DNA of 64,000 nt from Flectonema sp. DT1601 (Eukaryota). Every line of letters starts with the position of its first letter. Positions within the stretch are counted from its first letter, which is position 1. Positions 1-8,848 of the stretch are shown in pieces. The position numbers and the translations under genes were made by a program. The DNA lies in NCBI GenBank assembly GCA_964019425.1, contig OZ025782.1, positions 248,001 through 312,000 on the forward strand, written 5' to 3'. Under the pieces are notes generated by a model, which did not search any database, was not told where the DNA came from, and saw only the letters and a program-made list of their open reading frames with translations.

Positions 1-826
1 GCTATCCCCAGCCACTGGAACATAGAGCTTGTAGCAGCGCCCTCAAGCAGCTATAGATTCTAGAAAAACTCCAGTAATCCTGAGGGTGCACTTATTGTGA
101 GCAACATGCTCACATTGCTCAACCATCACTGCCAGCAAGGGTGACTCAGAATCACCACCCGATATCGTACTCTGCAGTTCTCACGATCTATGATTCTCCT
201 GTCTCATCACTTCTCCAGTTCCTATCATTCCAGTCTTCATAGGAGCCCAGCGTGTAAACAAATTTCTGCAATGTAGCTGCTAAGCTGGTATTCGAGTATT
301 TTGAGGGCAACCAACAGAGATACTAGGCAAAAGTACCAGAAACAGTCAAAAAATATGGAATTTTGAAACTGGTGAGCAGTTAGAGGATGCCCCAGTACCG
401 GATTTGGGTTTTTTGGATAGTATTTTCGTGGGGTGGTGAGCTCGGATTGGGTATTAGGTGCCCACAGAATAGCCTGGTAAAAATTGGGGGGGGACCTTTG
501 ATACGATACGAAAAGATTTATCTGGGAAGAATACTGCAGGTCTTTGCACAAAAAATAAAAATACTGTCACCATGAAACAAGAGGCTTTGAACATTGCCCG
601 TTTTCTTTGGTGGAGGCCACGTGAACGTAGTTGAGCACCTCTTGCCTACGCTACCGGGGGGACCTTTGATACGATACGAAAAGATTTATCTGGGAAGAAT
701 ACTGCAGGTCTTTGCACAAAAAAATAAAAATACTGTCACCATGAAACAGAAGGCTTTGAACACCGGGGGGACCTTTGATACGATACGAAAAGATTTATCG
801 GGGGGGGGGAGTTTCTGCACCGCCTC
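1..826 (-). mobile_element. Right part of decayed long-TIR DNA transposon (copy 0, cut by window edge)
   Basis: Near-identical to 6917-7592 and 16111-16791; ends ...gtttctgcaccgcctc|aaat. Confidence 0.85.
486..809 (-). repeat. Three nested, progressively truncated copies (162, 103, 29 bp) of an insert separated by G6-G10 runs
   Basis: Units 494-655, 662-764 and 771-799 all start GGGGGG-ACCTTTGATACGATACG on +; single copy at 7406-7567 and about 16604-16765. Confidence 0.9.
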
Positions 827-1013
827 AAATAAATAAGGGAAAACCTACAAATCCACTCAAAGGTTCTGGTGGAAGCTCCACAAGACCGTGACTGTAGTAT
901 CCGATCAGTCAAACTACCCTGCCACTGATTTTCACTTTAACAGCGAGCTATTAGTATATATTATTATGTCAGCTGTTTAAAAGAGAGGGAAGGGCTAAGC
1001 ATGCGATGTCTTC

Positions 1014-1152
1014 AACTTCAGAGTTGGTTCTTCTATTTTGTATGATCGACAACCATTCCAACCTTGGTGTATTAATGTGATGGAGAATACGATTATTGAT
1101 ATTGCGAATGTTGTTGTTTTTTGAACTCCACGCAGTTGATCTGGAAACCAAA
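1014..1152 (-). pseudogene. ~140-bp fragment of the membrane-protein gene (19641-20336 variant); also at ~7771-7909 and ~16979-17117
   Basis: Matches 19753-19891 essentially base for base. Confidence 0.85.
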
Positions 1153-1814
1153 TTCATTATTATATCTCCCATTCTGTCGAAAAGCAATAACTAAAGAAGA
1201 GGAGAGACTTAATTCAGACGAGGAAAGAAGCCTCGAACACGAGGAGAGGATATAATCATCTCATTGATAATAACAAGCGTTTTGAATAAGATCTTTTCTT
1301 TGGCTCCATCATCATTATGGTTAAATATTAACAATTAGTTACACCTGACCAATACCGAGTATAAGATTCATCCCCAGTTTGTCCGAAGCATTACATTGTA
1401 ATGAGGGAGTACCGAAAAAGCTTTATATAAAAGTACCTCAAAAAAATTGGGAAGCGCGCAGCCCTTTCACAGCAACAAATGAAAACAAAAGGTTCACATA
1501 TATGATGAACGGTCAGTTTATCGCTGGATCAGTATGCATTTTGCTAAGAAAGTTAGTAGGAAATAAAAATATTGTTGGGATTGTCAAACAAACGAATAAA
1601 AATAATTCGTTCAAGACATCAAACAAATAAAATAAATTAAACAAATAATTAAATAAGTTAGTATTAATGTTTATCAGTCAAAAGAAGGGGAGAGGGAGGG
1701 AAAATTCAATCGAATGCAAAAGTTCGTAGGTATTAGGAAGTTCTAAGGGACTTCAGTTAGTTAATTAGCTAGCAGTATTAGTAAGTTCTAAGGGACTTCA
1801 GTTAGTTTAGTTAG

Positions 1815-2065
1815 CAAAATACAAACTGATGACTACGAGGGGTCTGGGTAGCCCGCATCAGTAAGTACCCAATCGCGAAGATTGTACTTTCACAGCTTCG
1901 GCTGGAAGTGATCGACTTCCAGCCTCCACCTTGCCCAGAGGCTAACAGGTTGTAAACAACTAAAGAAAATAAAAGAGAAATGATCTGGGAGTGGGGGGGA
2001 CTTGGATAAATAAATCAAGGTTAACACGCAACAAATTAGACATGAATCATTATAACTGGATTCTG

Positions 2066-2096
<31 letters not shown>

Positions 2097-2875
2097 GGAA
2101 GTCCAATACATTGCGTACTGTGCATCGCTGATACAGCAAACTAGGGAGCATCGGGTTAACTCCCTAGAGCTACGAGGCAACAGCAACGTAATTAGACCCA
2201 ATCTTATTAGGATTGTTTTTTTATAGCTTCGGCTGACGGGGCATAATGAACACAGTATGCCTATTGTCAGCTTTCCACCTTGTCCGATTGTTGTCAGGAG
2301 GTGATATGAGGATAACTAAAGAGAAAAGAAAACAAATAAATGAATATATAAATTTAAAAAGAAAATAAAATAAAATATATAAAAACAAAGACTCTGGGGG
2401 CGGGGCGTTTGGATTCTGTAAGGGATAGAATTTTTCTTTATTTTATTTTTTTTGATAATGTTGTATATAACTAAAGGAGAGTTATCGAACACACACGCAA
2501 ATCGCATGCTTTAAATAAACTACCAGAGAAAGAAATGCTGTCAAGTCAAATTGACCCGGGGACCACGCACGTGGGGGGGAGGTGAAAAAAATAAAAAGTC
2601 TTCTTTCTTTCATATACATCTTTCTTTATAATACGACCATATGTGCCATATGCCCACACTCCACGAAAGAAAATAGAAAACCCCGGAACAGTACCGAGGA
2701 TCGTTCACCCCCAGTTGTCCAAAGCATTATAATTGTACTGTGGGCTTACCGAAAAGCTTTAGAAATGTACCACAAAAAACTGGGCAGCACATAGCCATAT
2801 CACTCAGCAAGAAATGAAAACCAAAAGGATCAGGTAAGATGACAGTCAGTTTAAGGTCATAACTGCGACGGACCT
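1815..2875 (-). mobile_element. Non-coding retroelement 3' end (family 1, CTAA-type tail) interrupted by a related family-2 end with (ATCT)n tail
   Basis: Family 1 is uninterrupted at ~18170-18660; the 2000-2575 insertion includes the (AGAT)n tract at 2067-2095; the two families share structured motifs; repeated at 10725-11780. Confidence 0.6.
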
Positions 2876-2876
2876 A

Positions 2877-3021
2877 GACTTCATTCTATATTGAAGTTGC
2901 TTATCGTTCTAAGATAAAAATCCATCGGAGCTCGCCAGGATAGGGCTAGCAATATTTATTTGCTTTTGTTCAATTTGAATTTTAATTTTTGACGTCTGGT
3001 CGTTTCACTATTACAGTCGAG
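2877..3021 (-). mobile_element. 5'-truncated fragment of the Penelope-like element 3' end (also 11782-11927, 17578-17648)
   Basis: Matches 8757-8894 (ORF stop region and 3' UTR). Confidence 0.8.
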
Positions 3022-4350
3022 CCTTGATCTTAAATAAGTTAGTATTAATAATTATCAGTCAATTAAAAAAAAAAAAAGGCAAAATTTCGTAGGACAACAA
3101 ACAAGTTGGTTTCGGACTAAGATTAAAAACAATCTTTCTTCGGACCATTCCCCTTACCCAGCCCTCTTTAGTGAAGAAAGCAAGGGGGACACTGCTCCTA
3201 AATCAGTTAGTTAGTATATATATACTTTGGAGTCACGTAAGTATCAACCTCTTGCAGGCAAACACAATGGCTAAAAGTAATTCTATACTAAAACTGTACC
3301 ACTGGCCAGAAGATACGCAAGCTAACCACATGCACGAAGCAGGCAGTATAAGTGACGGATGATAAAGAGAGGAGGAAAAGTGGCAGAGAAATTTTGCTAT
3401 TCGGTCCGATTCTTTACTCTTTTTTTCGCTGCGCAAAGAGTATTCATTCAGTTATTTTTTTTTTTTTGCCTTTCTTTTTGCCGCTTCTGCCAAACCCATC
3501 CTTGGATTTTCATTTTTATCTTTCAACTACACCTCACTGTGTACTTAAACCGGTAAAATAAAGCATCCAACGAAAGCAAAAAAAAAATCGGAAAATAAAA
3601 TTATTGAACCCTCCGAATAGCAAAATCCAGCGCAAAATAAATAAGTAAAAAAGAATCCTTGTTATATACGAGATACTATTGTCAATTATATCTATTTTTA
3701 TATATATTTGTACCTACAAACCCATTGTTCGGTAGAAACAGAATTGCGGCAGCGTAAACTAACCTATTTCCTTTATTAGGATTTTGTACTGGTTGCGCAC
3801 AAACAAAATAAAAGTGTGAGTGAGTAAGTAAAAAAGTGATGTTTGCCGATTCCTTCTTTTTCATCTTTTTTCGAAGCAGAGTCTTGTGTGATTCCCCAGC
3901 TTATTTCAAACAAGGAAAGAAGAACAAGAAATCTCTAGCACGAACTGAGACCAAAGGATCGTTGACATGTTTTCACACCGTGGATCGGTGGACTGATTAG
4001 ATTTCTTTACCCGCACTAGTGTACCAGCTGGTGTATTTGCATTAAATAACAGAAACAGATTCAATCCATAAGAGAAGAGGAATAACTTGATACTAATATT
4101 AAATGGAAAGCCAACTTGAAACCGACCAAAACGAGAATAGGGTTCGGCCAAACCTGGTTGAAATATAAGAAAATCAACAATTGGTATCATGTAAAAAATC
4201 CCATATGTGCTGCCGAAGATGGGGATTCGGGGCCACGAACTACAAGTTGAGCGCCCCATGCCCTGTAGCCCGTCACAGCTTGAAATAGAGGGGGAGAGAT
4301 TGATTAAGAGCAGCCAGTGTTTGAATAATATATATTTTAGTGAGTTTCTT

Positions 4351-5046
4351 TTAAACAGAATTCAACGTATCTAATGAATCAGGTTGCTGTTTAATTATCA
4401 ATTCTTCGATCTGTTCTTTTTCATCTTCGCAATTGATGTCTTCGAGTTCGTGTGTTTCTCTGAACTTCAGAGTTGGTATTCTAATTACGTATGATCGACA
4501 ACCATTCCAACCCTGACATGTTAGTATAAGAGATAACGCAATTACTGATATTGTGTATTTAGTTGTTTTCTCAAAAGGATTTAACTGCTCTGGAAACCAT
4601 ATTCTTGTCGTAAAGTAGAACGGCATTAGACACAAACCAACAACAAGTAGACCTTTCCAAAATATTAGCGGAAATGATCGAATTGATTTCATACGTGCAT
4701 TTGCGATGTTCAATTTTATGTCAGTTTTTGGAAGATCAGCTACTTCTCTATGATTAAAATATATCCGAAAACCCACTACTAGAATATTAGCAACAACAGA
4801 CATACCAAACGCAAATGTCACTGAACAACCCAACCATATGAGCAGTACAGTAACCAGTACCACAACAATTTCAGCAGACACTCCGCTGATAAGAAGATTT
4901 CTGCGATGAGCTATAAATACTTCCTTCTTTCTCTTTTCACACGTAATTATTCTTCCAGAACCGAATCTTCCATTTGGATAGTAGATTGTGCTTCCGTCTT
5001 CCTGATCAGCGAAGACACTTTCTGTGAATCTGTCCAAGAATCTCAT
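4351..5046 (-). CDS. Uncharacterised 231-aa membrane protein (about 4 TM helices), copy 1
   Basis: Intact intronless ORF; ATG at 5046 matches the copy 3 start MRFLDRFTES; hydrophobic segments. Confidence 0.75.
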   Translation of the reverse strand: MRFLDRFTESVFADQEDGSTIYYPNGRFGSGRIITCEKRKKEVFIAHRRNLLISGVSAEIVVVLVTVLLIWLGCSVTFAFGMSVVANILVVGFRIYFNHREVADLPKTDIKLNIANARMKSIRSFPLIFWKGLLVVGLCLMPFYFTTRIWFPEQLNPFEKTTKYTISVIALSLILTCQGWNGCRSYVIRIPTLKFRETHELEDINCEDEKEQIEELIIKQQPDSLDTLNSV

Positions 5047-5194
5047 TTTATATTTTTTTTTCGTGTATACCACACTAATTTAAAAAAAGAAACCTTAACT
5101 CAAACAGTTTCTTTGCAAAGCAGTAGTGCCGGAAGCATCATCTCCAGACTTCTTAGCAAAATCCAAAAAAAGAAAAAAGATATGTGTATTAATT

Positions 5195-5666
5195 GAGGGG
5201 ATGCTTAAGTTGACATAATTCAACTCGAAAACAGTTTAATTATCGTCGAGTGGGGATTCCGGCGCCGAGCGCGAAAAGCGCGAGCACTCACGGGCTCAAT
5301 AATTTTACGTTTGAAAGAAGCGTGAAATTAGGGCTCATAATCCCACTGAGGTCATAATCACACTCTTACTGATGCCCATTATCCACATCCATTAAATTAT
5401 CCTCCCGGAAAACTTAAAATCACCCCCAACATAATTGCCATTATGTCAAAATCACCCGGATTATTACAGGTCAATAACTACATCGCCACAGCCATTTTAA
5501 ACCAAAAACAGAAAATCATAATTTTACTGCTGTATTAGATTTGGTCTTAACTTCACACTTTTGTGATAATTTCGATTTGCCAGCCATCGGCCTTGTGTAC
5601 GGAATGTAATTACCGGTGATGAAATGTGCACAGAAATAATTCGTTTATGGCATTAAATAAATAAAT
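5195..5666. mobile_element. Probable truncated end of a second GAGG-terminated DNA transposon (also 14401-14872)
   Basis: Absent from the empty site at ~20490; begins aatt|GAGGGGATGC, similar to GAGGATGTGC; recurrent CATAAT/ATTATG motifs; no partner end seen. Confidence 0.4.
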
Positions 5667-7592
5667 GAGGATGTGCAGAAACCCCCCCCAATTTTTACCA
5701 GGCTATCCCGTGGGCACCTAACAACCAATCCGAGCCCACCACCCCACGAAAATAGTATCCAAAAAACTCAAATCCGGTACTGGGGCACCCTTTTACTGCC
5801 CACCAGTTTAAAAATTTCACTTTTTTGACTGTTTCTAGTAACATTTGCCTTGTAAGCTGTGTAACACTGGTAGAAATTATGTTTGAAATTTTGCTTTTCT
5901 TGAAGGCCCAGATTTCCTGCGATTTAGATGCGAGTGTCAGCGCAGATGTGATATTGCCAAAGTGTCGATCACATTCGGACTTGCCATGCCGACTAGGGAA
6001 AAAGTTAACCCAAGCTGATTAACTTATTTTACAGAACAGGCTGATGACGGTTGTGTTCTCAAGGTGCCTACCAGCATCAGCCCAATAGTGAATCATCTTA
6101 TCATTCTCAGACATCAAGAAGAACTTATTCATAACTGGATACGTTACTATCGCATTCTAGTTGATGTGTGAGAGTAGGAAGTTGTTATGGCCACACTGAA
6201 CCTCAGTTCCAAACTGCTCATGTAGTACACATCCAAGCAGACTATTTCCCCAGTTGATAGAAAGGGGAATTTGTCCCTTCTGTCATTAGAAGCCCTTTTC
6301 TTTATAATCCAGAGTCATGATATAGTCACCAGGATGGATTAGATGTATCTTCTCAATACACCTGACATGTCTCTTATCTCCAATGTGAGAATCTATTTCA
6401 ATAATTCCTCTCATTGTTGTTCGCTTCTCAGCTTCGGACTTTATGAGCGCCAGAAGGAAGTTACGATGATGTTGAAGGCCCCAGAGATCCATCCATTACG
6501 TCTGTCAACATCACAGATACATGTGGCGAATACTGAAGATGCCGGGCAGGCAAGCTTCTTTCAGGGATTGCTGCCTGTGAGACGGTAGTTGCACACATTC
6601 ATACAGCGCCGAAACTGCTGAAACTCAACTCCAGGTAGAGAACAGTACTGTGTGTATGAGATAGTGTCTTTTAGAGGGGAGTTATTATTAACTAGGTCAT
6701 CATGTTTTCAACAGCAACAGTAACCGCCTCTCTCCCTTTTCTTGATACATGGAGGAGTTTTATACTATGGTACCACTCGAGGTTACTAGTTCATCTTGAA
6801 CCTGATTTTTCATGTCAGGTGTTACAGCTGACAGGCAACCACTGACTCCACCTTCTTGTCCCTGTTCTTCCACAATTCCTTTCCTACTTCTATCCCAGTC
6901 TTCTGCAGTCACTTCTGCTATCCCCAGCCACTGGAACATAGAGCTTGTAGCAGCGCCCTCAAGCAGCTATAGATTCTAGAAAAACTCCAGTAATCCTGAG
7001 GGTGCACTTATTGTGAGCAACATGCTCACATTGCTCAACCATCACTGCCAGCAAGGGTGACTCAGAATCACCACCCGATATCGTACTCTGCAGTTCTCAC
7101 GATCTATGATTCTCCTGTCTCATCACTTCTCCAGTTCCTATCATTCCAGTCTTCATAGGAGCCCAGCGTGTAAACAAATTTCTGCAATGTAGCTGCTAAG
7201 CTGGTATTCGAGTATTTTGAGGGCAACCAACAGAGATACTAGGCAAAAGTACCAGAAACAGTCAAAAAATATGGAATTTTGAAACTGGTGAGCAGTTAGA
7301 GGATGCCCCAGTACCGGATTTGGGTTTTTTGGATAGTATTTTCGTGGGGTGGTGAGCTCGGATTGGGTATTAGGTGCCCAGAATAGCCTGGTAAAAATTG
7401 GGGGGACCTTTGATACGATACGAAAAGATTTATCTGGGAAGAATACTGCAGGTCTTTGCACAAAAAATAAAAATACTGTCACCATGAAACAAGAGGCTTT
7501 GAACATTGCCCGTTTTCTTTGGTGGAGGCCACGTGAACGTAGTTGAGAACCTCTTGCCTACGCTACCGGGGGGGGAGTTTCTGCACCGCCTC
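5667..7592 (-). mobile_element. Decayed DDE DNA transposon with ~190-bp imperfect TIRs (Sola2-like or MULE-like), copy 1
   Basis: 5667-5853 is the reverse complement of 7238-7592 (minus a 162-bp insert); GAGG...CCTC termini; aaat (or aaataaat) duplicated; minus-strand remnants TCICD, TLDYKEK and IHYWADAGRHL with stops and frameshifts. Confidence 0.8.
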
Positions 7593-8567
7593 AAATAAAT
7601 AAGGGAAAACCTACAAATCTACTCAAAGGTTGCTCCACAAGACCGTGACTGTAGTATCCGATCAGTCAAACTACCCTGCCACTGATTTTCACTTTAACAG
7701 CGAGCTATTAGTATATATTATTATGTCAGCTGTTTAAAAGAGAGGGAAGGGCTAAGCATGCGATGTCTTCAACTTCAGAGTTGGTTCTTCTATTTTGTAT
7801 GATCGACAACCATTCCAACCTTGGTGTATTAATGTGATGGAGAATACGATTATTGATATTGCTAATGTTGTTGTTTTTTGAACTCCACGCAGTTGATCTG
7901 GAAACCAAATTCATTATTATATCTCCCATTCTGTCGAAAAGCAATAATTAAAGAAGAGGAGAGACTTAATTCAGACGAGGAAAGAAGCCTCGAACACGAG
8001 GAGAGGATATAATCATTTCATTGATAATAACAAGCGTTTTGAATAAGATCTTTTCTTTGGCTCCATCATCATTATGGTTAAATATTAACAATTAGTTACA
8101 CCTGACCAATACCGAGTATAAGATTCATCCCCAGTTTGTCCGAAGCATTACATTGTAATGAGGGAGTACCGAAAAAGCTTTATATAAAAGTACCTCAAAA
8201 AAATTGGGAAGCGCGCAGCCCTTTCACAGCAACAAATGAAAACAAAAGGTTCACACATATGATGAACGGTCAGTTTATCGCTGGATCAGTATGCATTTTG
8301 CTAAGAAAGTTAGTAGGAAATAAAAATATTGTTGGGATTGTCAAACAAACGAATAAAAATAATTCGTTCAAGACATCATTTATTTTTTTTTTTTTTTTTT
8401 ATCAAACAAATAAAATAAATTAAACAAATAATTTAATAAGTTAGTATTAATGTTTATCAGTCAAAAGAAGGGGAGAGGGCGGGAAAATTCAATCGAACGC
8501 AAAAGTTCGTAAGACAACAAACAAATAATGGTTGGTTTCGGGCTAAAATTAAAAAAAATCTTAAGTT

Positions 8568-8763
8568 AGTATCATTAATTTTAGAACAAAAAAGTGAGAA
8601 TAAGAAAAGTAGAGATCAATAAAAAAAAAAAAAAAAAAAAAAGGGGGTATTCATTTCTGCAGTTTCCTAACATCAAAGGGTAATAGAATATGTAGTTTCA
8701 GGCCTTAATCTTATACTACTTGTCCCTTTTTAGGCCTTCATCAGTAAGTTCTAAGGGACTTCA
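8568..8763 (-). repeat. Penelope pseudo-LTR-like direct repeat (partner 10381-10562)
   Basis: ~190-bp direct repeats flank the RT ORF; both contain a hammerhead core. Confidence 0.75.
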
Positions 8764-8769
8764 TTCTAT
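8683..8769 (-). ncRNA. Hammerhead ribozyme, rearranged topology
   Basis: CUUA-CUGAUGA-AGGCCU...GUAG-UA-UAAG...AGGCCU-GAAA-CUAC on the minus strand, about 100 nt downstream of the RT stop. Confidence 0.7.
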
Positions 8770-8848
8770 GTTGAAGTTGCTATCGTTCAAAGATAAAAAT
8801 CCATCGGAGCTCGCCAGGATAGGGCTAGCAATGTTTATTTGCTTTTGC

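Noticed and set aside
486..809. CRISPR-like repeat-spacer appearance
   Set aside because: The 'spacers' are truncated copies of one sequence; eukaryotic context and no cas genes.
1826..1895. CTGATGA as a further hammerhead core
   Set aside because: No correctly placed GAAA and stems on either strand; CTGATG simply pairs with the downstream CATCAG.
1893..1952. Resemblance to U1 snRNA, twister or HDV ribozymes
   Set aside because: Only short word matches; the required pairings (HDV P2/P3, twister pseudoknots, U1 Sm site) could not be built in both variants.
2760..2852. Hairpin-ribozyme-like words (GUGGUACAUU, UGACAGUC)
   Set aside because: They lie on opposite strands and the AGAA/AGAAACA partners are missing.
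237..3864. Many 60-120 aa ORFs repeated in each unit
   Set aside because: They lie in TIRs and non-coding repeats, are frameshifted between copies, and recur only because the DNA is duplicated.
6039..6082. GGCTGATG...CATCAGCC hairpin
   Set aside because: Inside decayed transposase coding sequence; no ribozyme core.
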